From Collinsella sp. CAG:166 (GTDB taxonomy: Bacteria > Actinomycetota > Coriobacteriia > Coriobacteriales > Coriobacteriaceae): DNA of 62,308 nucleotides. The notes beneath the pieces are model-generated. The model was not told where the DNA came from. It saw only the letters and a list, made by a program, of their open reading frames with translations, and did no database searches. The DNA is taken from NCBI GenBank assembly GCA_000434535.1, contig FR878731.1, positions 1-62,308 of the forward strand, in the 5' to 3' direction. Of this stretch, positions 40,753 through 50,064 are shown in pieces. Positions within the stretch are counted from its first letter, which is position 1, and each line of letters begins with the position of its first letter. Made by a program: the position numbers and the translations under genes.

Positions 40753-42975
40753 CTACACGATTTGGTTCACGTGCGTCTCGTCGTCGAACTTGGCGGCGCC
40801 GGGCTCAACGTCCTGGGGAGCAGCGGCGTCCACCAGAGCCTGCTTGAGCTCGGTGTACTGACGCTCCACCTCGCCCTCGGCCCAGACCTGGTCGGCGATA
40901 GCGTCGACCTGGCAGGCGGAGAACTTGTCCTCGGGCGTATGCGAGACCGGGTCGACCTTGTGCATGGTCAGCTCGTTGCACTTGCCGATCCACCACTGGT
41001 AGGTCATGTAGACCGTGCCCTTGTTGATGCGATCGCTCACGTCGGCGCGGCTGTATACCTGGCCGCGGCGGCTGTGAATCGAGACGATGTCGCCGTTCTT
41101 GATGCCGCGCGCCTGGGCGTCCGCGGGATTCATGCGGACAAAGCCGGGCTCGTCGGCAAGCAGCGCCAGCGTCTTGCAGTTGCCGGTCATCGAGCGGCAG
41201 CTGTAGTGGCCGACCTCGCGGACGGTGCACAGGATGAGCGGGTACTCATCGTCGGGAAGCTCGGAGGGCGCCTCCCAGTCGTGCGCCATCAGGTTGGCGC
41301 GACCGTCCTTGGTGGTGAACTTGCCACCAGCGAACATGTCGGGCGTACCGTGGTCGTCCACATCGGTGCTCTTGACCGGCCACTGGGCGTAGCCGCCCTC
41401 GGGAGCCATCTTCTCGTAGGTTGCGCCCACAAAGTTGGGGCACAGGCTAATGCACTCGTTCCAGATCTGCTCGGTGTTGTCGTAGTGCATGGGATAGCCC
41501 ATGCGCGTAGACAGGTCCGCGAAGATCTCCCAGTCGTGACGGCACTCGCCCTTGGGAGGAACGGCCGCGTCGAAGTGCTGGAAGCTACGGTCGGATGCGG
41601 TAAAGACACCCTCGTGCTCGCCCCAAGAGGTGGCAGGCAGGATGACGTCGGCGAGCATGGTCGTCTGCGTCATAAAGATGTCCTGGCAAATGAACAGATC
41701 CAGCTCGGAGAGCGTCTTGCGCATACCGGCCGAATCGGGCTCGGTCTGCACCGGGTCCTCGCCGTAGTTGTAGAAGCAGTGCACCTTGCCCTCGTCGACC
41801 AGGTGGCCCAGGTCGGTGAGCTTGTAGCCCTCCTCGAGCGGGAGCTTTTCCTCGGGCACGCCCCAAGCCTTTGCAAACTTGGCGCGCACGGCGGGGTCGG
41901 TGACCTTTTGGTAGCCAGGGTACAGGTTGGGCAGCATGCCCATATCGCAGGAGCCCTGGACGTTGTTCTGACCGCGCACGGGCGCGAGGCCGGAATTGGG
42001 TTTGCCGATCTGGCCGGCAACGCAGGCGATGGAGGCGATGGTGTGCACCGTCTTCAGGTTCTGCTTCTGCTGGCATACGCCCATGCCCCAGCCAATGATG
42101 GCAGAAGGCTTCGCCGTGGCATACATCTCGGCAGCTTGGTGGATCAGCGCGGGCTCGACACCCGTGATGTCCTGTACGGATTCGGGAGTGTAGTTCTTGA
42201 TGGTCTCCCACCACTCGTCAAAGCCGTTCGTGTGCTCGGCGACGAATTCCTTGTCGTAGAGGCCATCGTTGACCAAGCAGTTGGCAAAGGCGTTGAGGAA
42301 CGCGACGTTGCAACCATTCTTGATCGGAAGGTAGAGATCGGCGATACGCGCGGTTTCGATATGGCGCGGATCGGCGACGATGATCTTGCAACCCTTTTCT
42401 TTGGCTCGCACGATACGCCTTGCGACGATGGGGTGCGAATCGGCAGGGTTATAGCCGAAGAGGAAAATGCAGCCCGCATCCTCCATACCGGGGATGGAGC
42501 ATGACATGCAACCTGAACCAACCGTGTCCATCAGACCGAGGACAGTAGGGCCGTGTCAAGTACGGGCGCAGTTGTCTACGCTGTGGGTGCCGATGCACGC
42601 ACGCGTAAACTTCTGCATGACGTAGTTCGCCTCATTGCCGCCGCCTCGCGAAGAGCCGGTGGTCATGACGGCGTTAGGACCATACTCGTCAATTATGGCC
42701 TGCATCTTAGATGCGGTGAAATCCAGTGCCTCGTCCCAGCTTACGCGCTCAAGATCCGCGCCCTTAGTGCGGCGGATCATCGGGTGCAGTACGCGAGGAG
42801 TCAAGATCTTGGTGTCGTTGATGAAGTCGTAGCCGCTCATGCCCTTAAGGCACAGCTCGCCCTGATTGGTGATGCCGTTGAGCGGTTCGGTACCCACGAC
42901 CTGGCCGTTTTGGACCAAGAGGTTAAACTGGCAACCGGCGCCGCAGTACGGGCAGATCACTTTATGCTTCTCCAT
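40753..42975 (-). CDS. fdhF: Formate dehydrogenase H, selenoprotein (in-frame UGA = Sec140), 740 aa
   Basis: ORFs 42556-42975 and 40753-42531 are one frame joined through TGA at 42556-42558: DNCART-U-HGPTV; CPYCGAGC, RGQNNVQG. Confidence 0.95.
42521..42555 (-). promoter_or_regulatory. SECIS element of fdhF
   Basis: 11 nt after UGA: TGTCC-TC-GGTCT-GA-T-GGACA hairpin with GGUCU loop, like E. coli fdhF. Confidence 0.75.
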
Positions 42976-43050
42976 GACACCCTCCTTCCTTTTTCTGCTA
43001 CCGATTACTCGGTACTAATTTGACAATCATTGGGCTTGTCGCCCCAACGC

Positions 43051-43569
43051 TTACGCCTCGTTTTCGATGGTGGCGCGGGCACGCTCGGCAGTCAGTTCTG
43101 CCAGGCGTTCCTCGTCTACCAAGGTGAGGCCCTTGGTCGGGCACGCCTCAGCACACGCCGGACCGCCGGGACGGTCCACGCACAGGTCGCACTTGAGCAC
43201 GAAGCTCTTAGTCTGCGAACCCACGCGCACGTCACCCATCAAGACGGGGACCTGCGTGGTCGCCACGCTCACGGCGCCAAAGGGGCATGCCATGACGCAG
43301 CTCTTGCAGCCGATGCAGTTGTCCTCGTTGACGCCGATACGATGGTTCTTTGGATCAAAGAACAAGGCGCCCGTAGGACAGGCCTTCGCGCACGGAGCGT
43401 CCTCGCAGTGGTGACATGCCACCGGCGCGGAGATCTCGTAGGTGCGCGTTACGCGCAAGCGAGGTGCGGCGATGTTGCCGGGAATATCGTGTGCCTCGAT
43501 GCACGCCGCCATACAGGTTTGGCACCCAATGCAGCGCGAAGAATCGGCTACGACTCGTTTATTGCCCAT
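43051..43569 (-). CDS. hydN: HydN-like 4Fe-4S electron transfer protein
   Basis: CIGCQTC, CHHCEDAPC, CIGCKSCVMACPFGA, KCDLC. Confidence 0.8.
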   Translation of the reverse strand: MGNKRVVADSSRCIGCQTCMAACIEAHDIPGNIAAPRLRVTRTYEISAPVACHHCEDAPCAKACPTGALFFDPKNHRIGVNEDNCIGCKSCVMACPFGAVSVATTQVPVLMGDVRVGSQTKSFVLKCDLCVDRPGGPACAEACPTKGLTLVDEERLAELTAERARATIENEA

Positions 43570-43996
43570 GTTGTTCACTCCCTCCTGAATCCCATGCCGG
43601 AGAGACCCTGTCGACGTTGCCCCGGACCGCCCGTGGTCCGGCATCGACGTATCGAGCACATGCGGCGAAACAGGCACTTCGATAGAATTCCTCCAACGAT
43701 ATACAGGTTAAATATACGCAGTTGCAGGTGGCAAACTTGAGCATACGCCCTGCAACACGGGTGTATTGCAGGGGTTTTAGCAGGTTGGAACTATTCTCGG
43801 ATAGCTATAAAGGTGAGTGTATTACATGCGTACGCCTCAGAGATTTTTACGCGCTCTCGTTTTGGATGTACTACGCTTGTATTCGTGTTTATGGTTATCA
43901 ACTTGAGTGAAATAAAGTAATCGTTATAAGATGCTCAAGTATCGGCACATGCCGCATTTGACCGACTATATTGCACGCTCATTAAGGGGGCCAGTG

Positions 43997-44320
43997 ATGT
44001 CATCGACTCAAAAAAGAGCCATCCTGCAGGTGCGCATTCGCGAGGAAGACAAGCAGCATGCCGAGCATCTCTACGACGCCATGGGCACATCGCTCGCCGA
44101 GGCTGTCCGTCTATTTGTCGCGCAGAGCATTTTGATGCGCAAGCTCCCCTTTCAGCCGGTCGCCGTGCGTTCCAAGGACGGCACGGCCGCCTATGGATCG
44201 CTCAAAGCATATGGGGACCCCAATCGCCGCTCCGAAGAGCGCAATGCCTGGGTTGAGTACCTTGCCACAGAAAGCGACGATTCGATTTTGGGTCCCGAGG
44301 AAGTAGATATCCATGAGTAG
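43997..44320 (+). CDS. RelB/DinJ-family antitoxin
   Basis: LQVRIREEDKQHAEHLYDAMGTSLAEAVRLFV...LPF. Confidence 0.8.
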   Translation: MSSTQKRAILQVRIREEDKQHAEHLYDAMGTSLAEAVRLFVAQSILMRKLPFQPVAVRSKDGTAAYGSLKAYGDPNRRSEERNAWVEYLATESDDSILGPEEVDIHE

Positions 44321-44789
44321 CACCATCATCGACGAGACCGTCATCCTGCGCTACCTGCTTGACGACGACGAAGTTCTGTCACCGCGCGCCGCCAAGGTCA
44401 TCGCCACGCGCACCGCTCGTGTCTACCCCGAAATCATCACGCGCGTCGTGGTCACGCTGCGCGATGTCTATAAGGTTCCCCGCGTTGAGATTACTGCGGC
44501 CATGAAAAGGCTGCTCGATGACGTCATGGTCGACGAGCCCACCGTTGTCGCCCTTGCCGTCAAACTCTTTGGCAAGACCCATATGGACTTTACCGACTGC
44601 CTCCTCGCAGCCCGAACCGCCATCTACAACGATGATGTCGTGAGCTTTGGCAAGCCCATCATCCAAGGCATGATCGACTACCGCCGCCAGCGCCAAACCG
44701 CCGCCGACGCCCGCGACCGCGCCGCCGAAGCCCGCAGTCACAGCACCGACTCCACCATCGACAAGCTCCGCCACCGCCCCCGCAGCTAA
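44313..44789 (+). CDS. PIN-domain (VapC-like) protein
   Basis: IIDETVILRYLLDD, DFTDCLL; overlaps antitoxin by 8 nt. Confidence 0.75.
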   Translation: MSSTIIDETVILRYLLDDDEVLSPRAAKVIATRTARVYPEIITRVVVTLRDVYKVPRVEITAAMKRLLDDVMVDEPTVVALAVKLFGKTHMDFTDCLLAARTAIYNDDVVSFGKPIIQGMIDYRRQRQTAADARDRAAEARSHSTDSTIDKLRHRPRS

Positions 44790-44822
44790 CCGACAAGCAG
44801 CGTCACCGCCCCCGCAGCTAAC
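44759..44822 (+). repeat. 32-bp tandem duplication of the PIN gene 3' end
   Basis: CGACAAGCTCCGCCACCGCCCCCGCAGCTAAC / CGACAAGCAGCGTCACCGCCCCCGCAGCTAAC. Confidence 0.8.
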
Positions 44823-44836
44823 AACCATCCCCTCCT

Positions 44837-44905
44837 AAGTTGCGGTGAAATAGTTCCTATTTTTTGCCTTCTGACGGCCATTTAGGAACTATTTCACCGC
44901 AACTT
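44837..44905. repeat. Palindromic repeat family A, copy 4
   Basis: AAGTTGCGGTGAAATAGTTCCTA...TAGGAACTATTTCACCGCAACTT. Confidence 0.9.
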
Positions 44906-45088
44906 TTTGTAAGGGCAGATTTCAACACCGCTGAAAGGCCCCTGACAACCGTTTACCGATATCTTTTGGTCGGGTCTAACCTTCTGAGCTGCGGCGTCAA
45001 GCTTTTGGTCAGCTCATGGCAAGGTTCAGCGAAATCAATATGCGATAGCGTGGTATCGTTCGCTCATCCTCGAGACATGGGGTCGCTA

Positions 45089-46084
45089 ATGGGTAAGGCC
45101 GATCACTGTTCCAAATCTCAGACAAGGCTTTTCTTCTCGGTATTCGAGGCCCATCATGACGGACGCTTGTTTATTGCCACCGAAAAATGGGACGAACGTT
45201 GTGCCTACTCGCTCATGCAAAAGCAAATGATCGTTCGACTCTATAACCACGTCTATGCCGACCCTGCATACTGGAATGACCTTGGTATAGAAGACCGCAT
45301 TTTTCAGCTGGCATCCGCCATTGCGGTCGTTGAACCCGAAGCGGTATTTTGTGGGGCGACCGCGGCTCTGCTCTATGGTATCGGTTCGGCACACACACTT
45401 CTCGATAAGGTACAAGTTCTGTTGCCGCGAGCCACCAGGCGCGATACGTACGAATTCGTTGAGTATCGTCGCTGGCGGGCGGGCGAAGTGTGGCAGCTCG
45501 GTCCGTTTACGTTGACAGATCCGTACCGCACGGTGGTCGATATCGCCCGAACGAGCGCTTTTCGATATGCGCTGGGCTATGTCGATGGCCTGGCTCGTGA
45601 GTATGATGTCGAGCGCGAAGAGTTGCGCGCGTATGCACAGGCCAATTGCCGTGGGCTGCACGGCATCGCACGTGCGTTTGACGTTTTTGAGCACATGGAC
45701 GGCAGGTCAGACAACGGCGGTGAATCTGAGGCAAGGGCAGCGATGATCCTCGCTGGAGTAGCCACTCCCGAACTTCAGGTTGAAATCACTCGGCCGGGAA
45801 ATGCAGGCTATTATTTGGCAGATTACGGCTGGCAGATGCCAAACGGCTCTTGGATGCTGGCTGAGCTGCATGGACTAGGCAAGTTTGAGGACGATGCCCA
45901 AAATGATCCGGAACATACTGCGGCAAAAACCTATCGAGCTGCCCTCATGCGCGACGCGAACCTGCGTGCCATGGGCCACAACGTCATTCATTTCAAGCTC
46001 TCAGACACCCACGATGTCAAAGCGTTCGGCTCCATGATGCGCAGCTACGGTATACCAACCACAAAACCCTACGCAGACTCCTGA
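45089..46084 (+). CDS. AbiEi-like/DUF559-like protein with putative C-terminal PD-(D/E)XK-type domain (start uncertain, 45077 or 45089)
   Basis: VFCGATAALLYG, TDPYRTVVDIAR, SDNGGESEARAAM..PELQVEI, ADYGW..AELHGLGKF; more AT-rich than neighbours. Confidence 0.6.
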   Translation: MGKADHCSKSQTRLFFSVFEAHHDGRLFIATEKWDERCAYSLMQKQMIVRLYNHVYADPAYWNDLGIEDRIFQLASAIAVVEPEAVFCGATAALLYGIGSAHTLLDKVQVLLPRATRRDTYEFVEYRRWRAGEVWQLGPFTLTDPYRTVVDIARTSAFRYALGYVDGLAREYDVEREELRAYAQANCRGLHGIARAFDVFEHMDGRSDNGGESEARAAMILAGVATPELQVEITRPGNAGYYLADYGWQMPNGSWMLAELHGLGKFEDDAQNDPEHTAAKTYRAALMRDANLRAMGHNVIHFKLSDTHDVKAFGSMMRSYGIPTTKPYADS

Positions 46085-46145
46085 CCGGCTGCCCTCATCT
46101 TCTCGACAACAGAACCCATCATCGACCCAACCCGCTCGGCCTCAA

Positions 46146-46216
46146 TAAGTTGCGGTGAAATAGTTCCTAGATAACAGCTTTTGCGGCTTATCCAGGAACT
46201 ATTTCACCACAACTTA
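46146..46216. repeat. Palindromic repeat family A, copy 5
   Basis: TAAGTTGCGGTGAAATAGTTCCT...AGGAACTATTTCACCACAACTTA. Confidence 0.9.
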
Positions 46217-46296
46217 GAAGGGGATGTGGGGTCCCCGGCATGTAAATGAAAACGGCTCTGGCACCAAATAGAGCCAAAGCCGTTAAAACTATCTTA

Positions 46297-46370
46297 TGGA
46301 GCGGGCGACGGGAATCGAACCCGCGTCATCAGCTTGGAAGGCTGGGGTTCTACCATTGAACTACGCCCGC
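46297..46370 (-). tRNA. tRNA-Gly(TCC)
   Basis: GCGGGCGTAGTTCAATGGTAGAACCCCAGCCTTCCAAGCTG...GGTTCGATTCC...TCCA. Confidence 0.95.
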
Positions 46371-46376
46371 AAGATA

Positions 46377-46453
46377 TGGTCGGGACGACAGGATTTGAAC
46401 CTGCGACATCCTGCTCCCAAAGCAGGCGCGCTACCAAACTGCGCCACGTCCCG
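46377..46453 (-). tRNA. tRNA-Pro(TGG)
   Basis: CGGGACGTGGCGCAGTTTGGTAGCGCGCCTGCTTTGGGAGCAGG...GGTTCAAATCC...ACCA. Confidence 0.95.
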
Positions 46454-46544
46454 AAGGTGTTGAGCAGCTAAGGTCTAAACCTTGCGTGTCCCAAAGCGAA
46501 GGAAATTATAGGGGAGACTCCCCGCCTGTGCAAGCATTGATGCC

Positions 46545-47903
46545 TTAGCTCCTCGAATGTGCGACAAAACGACTATGGAGCAGACCGATCACAAAGGCAA
46601 CCACGGCAACCGGCGCCCACGCGGCTCCAATGTCCGCAAGCGGCAGCACATCGAACGGCAGCCACGCACCCGCAAAGAACGCATCGCGGACCGAGGTGAT
46701 CACACTCTGCACAGCAACCACGCCGCCGACCCACACCCACACCTGCGGATGAGCGTCGCAAAAGCCGTGCACCAGGCCCATCAGTACCAGTACGATGGCA
46801 ACGGGATACAAGGCGTTGAGCATAGGCACCGAGAACATAAGAATCACGTCGAGGCCCACGTTGGAGAGCACGCACGAAAACGCCGCGAACACAAAGGCGA
46901 GAATCGCAAAGGGGCGGCGCATGGCCTCCTCGGAAACATCCGCTCCCCCTTCGACCACATACGTCTCGCAGAAGTAACGCGAGCAGCAGCTGATGAGGCC
47001 GATGCACACGTTCATGCAGGCAAGGAAAAAGATCGCAAAGACCACGACCGTGCCGGCAAGCCCAAAATGCATGGAGGCCGAACGGGCAAGGATTGCGGCG
47101 CCGTTGGTAGCGTCGGGCATCACGGTGCCGAGCTGCATACCGGCAAGGCCCAAGCCGCAGTAGATGATGGCCATGAGCACGCCGGCGATCACACCGGAAC
47201 GCGAAATCTCGAAGGCCACGCGCTTGTCATCGGTAACACCCAACTCGTGGATAGTCTCGGCGATGATGATGCCGAAGGCGAGCGACGCGAGCAGGTCCAT
47301 GGTCTGATAGCCAGTCAGAAAGCCCTGCACGGCGGCGCCTGCATCGTAAGGAGCCTGAGGCGCAGCAGCCGGTCCCAGCGGCGAGATCACGGCAGCACCC
47401 ACGACCAGCACAATGAGTGCAATGAGTGCGGGGCCCGTAATGCGGCCGAGTACGCGTGTGATGACACCCGGGCGCAGCGTGAGCGCAAACGCGACGACAA
47501 AGAAGCCAACGGCAAACACCAGGCGAGCCGTACCGAGCGAGACGCCCTCGGGCAGCAGCGGCACCAGCATCTCGAAGGCCGTGGAGCTCGTGCGCGGAAT
47601 AGCCAGACACGGGCCGATGGCCAGATACACCGCCGCGACAAAGAACTCACCGAACTTGGGGTGCACGCGGCCGGCAAGCTCGCGCGCCGTTCCGGCGAGC
47701 GCCACGGCGATAAAGCCCATGACGGGCAGACCGATAGCGGCAATCAAAAAGCCAATCATGGCAAGCGGCGTGGCCGTGCCGGCCTGAAGTGCCAGCAACG
47801 GCGGAATGATGAGGTTACCGGCACCAAAGAGCATCGAGAACAGCGCAATGCCGACGGTAACGACATGGTCGGAGCGCAAACCGCGCGGGGCGGATGAGGC
47901 CAT
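46545..47903 (-). CDS. brnQ: Branched-chain amino acid:cation symporter
   Basis: LFSMLFGAGNLIIPP, GPCLAIPRT, GYQTMDLLASLAFG. Confidence 0.9.
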   Translation of the reverse strand: MASSAPRGLRSDHVVTVGIALFSMLFGAGNLIIPPLLALQAGTATPLAMIGFLIAAIGLPVMGFIAVALAGTARELAGRVHPKFGEFFVAAVYLAIGPCLAIPRTSSTAFEMLVPLLPEGVSLGTARLVFAVGFFVVAFALTLRPGVITRVLGRITGPALIALIVLVVGAAVISPLGPAAAPQAPYDAGAAVQGFLTGYQTMDLLASLAFGIIIAETIHELGVTDDKRVAFEISRSGVIAGVLMAIIYCGLGLAGMQLGTVMPDATNGAAILARSASMHFGLAGTVVVFAIFFLACMNVCIGLISCCSRYFCETYVVEGGADVSEEAMRRPFAILAFVFAAFSCVLSNVGLDVILMFSVPMLNALYPVAIVLVLMGLVHGFCDAHPQVWVWVGGVVAVQSVITSVRDAFFAGAWLPFDVLPLADIGAAWAPVAVVAFVIGLLHSRFVAHSRS

Positions 47904-47924
47904 AGGCACACCTTTCGGGTCGAA

Positions 47925-47957
47925 ACAAAAACGGGACGGGCAAAAGACCCGTCCCGC
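47925..47957 (-). terminator. Terminator ending the selenium operon
   Basis: Minus strand CGGGACGGG-TCTTTTG-CCCGTCCCG-TTTTTGTTT. Confidence 0.75.
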
Positions 47958-47970
47958 AAGTATATACGCT

Positions 47971-49110
47971 CTAGCAGGCTAAATCGCGCAAAGCGTCAAT
48001 CGCGGTGTCGACTTCCTCGGCCGTGTTGAAATACCCAAACGAGAAGCGAACGATACCCTGGCGCTCGGTCCCGAGCGCGCGGTGCATGAGCGGAGCGCAA
48101 TGGGCACCGGGGCGCGTCGCAATCCCCCACCCTTGCATAAGCGCGTCCGAGATCTCGGCAGAGTCGATATCGCCCACGTTGAGTGAGACGATCGCCGAGC
48201 GCACAGGCTGATCAAACGCACCGTAGAGCGCAATGCCGGGGATTTCGCGAACGCCGGCGAGGAAGCGCTCGGCAAGCGCGCGCTCATGCGCCGCAATCGC
48301 CTCGACCCCGCCCTGGGCCTCGATAAAGTCGAGACCTGCGGAAAGTCCCGCGATGCCGTGACCGTTGAGCGTGCCCGCCTCAAGGCGCGTGGGCCACTCA
48401 AGCGGCTGCAGTGCATCGAAGCTGTGCACGCCCGTGCCGCCAATGGCCCACGGAGCCACGTCAACGCCCTCCGCCACGGCCAGGCCGCCGGTGCCCTGTG
48501 GACCCATGAGCCCCTTGTGGCCGGTAAAGCACACGACGTCGAGGCCCATAGCCTGCATATCGACATACATCGCGCCGGCAGACTGCGAAGCATCGACGAT
48601 CACGAGGGCGCCGGCCGCATGCGCGATGGCAGCCACGCGCGCAACGTCAACGGCATTGCCGGTCACATTGGAGGCGTGCGTCACCACCACGGCACGCGTG
48701 CCCGGCGTGACCAACCGCTCGAGCTCGTCGTAGTCGAGCGCGCCGTTCGCGTCGCAGCCCGCATGCTCAACGGTCACACCCCGCTCAGCCGCAAGACGAT
48801 TAAGCGGACGCAGCACTGAGTTGTGCTCAAGCACCGTCGTGACCACGCGGTCGCCGGGACGCACCACGCCGTTGATGGCGGTGTTGAGCGCCGCCGTCGA
48901 GTTAGGTGCAAAGCACACATGGTCGGCGCGCGGGCATCCCAGCAGGCGCGCAAGCTTGGCGCGGCAACCATGAATCGTACGCGCGGCATCGAGCGCACCC
49001 GAGGTGGCACCGCGCCCGGCATTGCCGAGCGAGCACATCGCCTGCGTCACGGCATCGATGACCGTCTGCGGCTTGCGCATGGTCGTCGCCGCGTTATCCA
49101 GGTAGATCAT
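47971..49110 (-). CDS. Class V PLP enzyme, cysteine desulfurase/selenocysteine lyase family (group II-like)
   Basis: IYLDNAATT, EHNSV, DASQ, TGHKGL, RPGAHCA. Confidence 0.88.
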   Translation of the reverse strand: MIYLDNAATTMRKPQTVIDAVTQAMCSLGNAGRGATSGALDAARTIHGCRAKLARLLGCPRADHVCFAPNSTAALNTAINGVVRPGDRVVTTVLEHNSVLRPLNRLAAERGVTVEHAGCDANGALDYDELERLVTPGTRAVVVTHASNVTGNAVDVARVAAIAHAAGALVIVDASQSAGAMYVDMQAMGLDVVCFTGHKGLMGPQGTGGLAVAEGVDVAPWAIGGTGVHSFDALQPLEWPTRLEAGTLNGHGIAGLSAGLDFIEAQGGVEAIAAHERALAERFLAGVREIPGIALYGAFDQPVRSAIVSLNVGDIDSAEISDALMQGWGIATRPGAHCAPLMHRALGTERQGIVRFSFGYFNTAEEVDTAIDALRDLAC

Positions 49111-49358
49111 CGCACGACCTCCCACATATCAATCACGGTATAGCCCTCTGTGGGAACGCCCGCCGCGGCGAGTTCGCCGCGCAGCAGCTCCTCATCGGCA
49201 GGCAACGCCTTCCACGCCAAACCGCAGCCGGCAGCGACCTCCCCGGGCACGGGTATCGTTCGCCCGGGAAGGCCGCGCTCGATACACAGGGACTCGCAGC
49301 CCATGGCGGCCGCCGTGGTGGGAAACGTGATGACAAGCGCCGGGCGCTTCTCCCTCAT
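49107..49358 (-). CDS. DUF3343 putative Se/S carrier protein
   Basis: ITFPTTAAAM...GRTIPVPGEVAAGCGLAW. Confidence 0.78.
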   Translation of the reverse strand: MREKRPALVITFPTTAAAMGCESLCIERGLPGRTIPVPGEVAAGCGLAWKALPADEELLRGELAAAGVPTEGYTVIDMWEVVR

Positions 49359-49377
49359 GGCAACTCCAACCAATACG

Positions 49378-50004
49378 CTACGGGCGCACGACGCGCACGG
49401 CCTGCTCCATCTTCTCCACGATCACGTACATGTTGGTGACCTCGCCCACCGCAAGCTGGTCTTTAATGCCATAGTGGTCGAGGCAGGTGCCGCAGGTGAG
49501 AATCTCGACACCCTGCTCCGCCAGGCCCTTCAGGTCGTCGAGCACCGGAGACCCCTCGACGGTGAGCTTGGCGCCGCCGTTGTAGAACAGCATGGTCGCG
49601 GGCAGTTCCTCCTGCTGCGTCACGGCAAAGATAAACGCCTTCATGAGCTTGTGGCCCAGCTCGTCGTCGCCACGGCCCATGCAATCGGTGTAGACGGAAA
49701 TGACGAGTTTGCCCTTGCCGGCGCTGGCGTCGCAGAAGGCAGCGCCATCCTGCTCAGGATCGGCCACGGCAACGGCGCCAGAGGTCGCCACGGTCACGTG
49801 CCACTCGGCGTCAGAAACCTTCTCTACCGAGGCCGTGCAGCCCTTCTCCTGCGCCATCTTGGAGATGTTCTTGACGGCAGTCTCGTTATCGACCGAGGTC
49901 ACCACGGCACCCTCGCCATCGAGCCGCTTCAGGGCTTTGAGCGTCTTGACGACGGGCAGCGGGCAGGCATCGCCCATGGCATTGACTTCAATTTTGGTAG
50001 ACAT
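49378..50004 (-). CDS. yedF: Sulfurtransferase-like selenium metabolism protein YedF (TusA + DsrE domains)
   Basis: GDACPLPVVKT TusA motif; MGRGDDELG, FYNGG, CGTCL. Confidence 0.82.
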   Translation of the reverse strand: MSTKIEVNAMGDACPLPVVKTLKALKRLDGEGAVVTSVDNETAVKNISKMAQEKGCTASVEKVSDAEWHVTVATSGAVAVADPEQDGAAFCDASAGKGKLVISVYTDCMGRGDDELGHKLMKAFIFAVTQQEELPATMLFYNGGAKLTVEGSPVLDDLKGLAEQGVEILTCGTCLDHYGIKDQLAVGEVTNMYVIVEKMEQAVRVVRP

Positions 50005-50064
50005 AGTTTTTCCTTTCGAAAGAACCGTTCTAGAGAACGGTAAACAGTTACATAAACGTGCGGG

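Noticed and set aside
43695..43722. ModE box CGATATACAGGTTAAATATACG upstream of the FHL operon
   Set aside because: Spacing is about 2 bp short of the consensus I recall and no modE gene is in the window; too weak to call.
43997..46370. Integrative island at tRNA-Gly carrying the TA pair and AbiEi-like gene
   Set aside because: No integrase and no duplicated tRNA 3' end found in the window.
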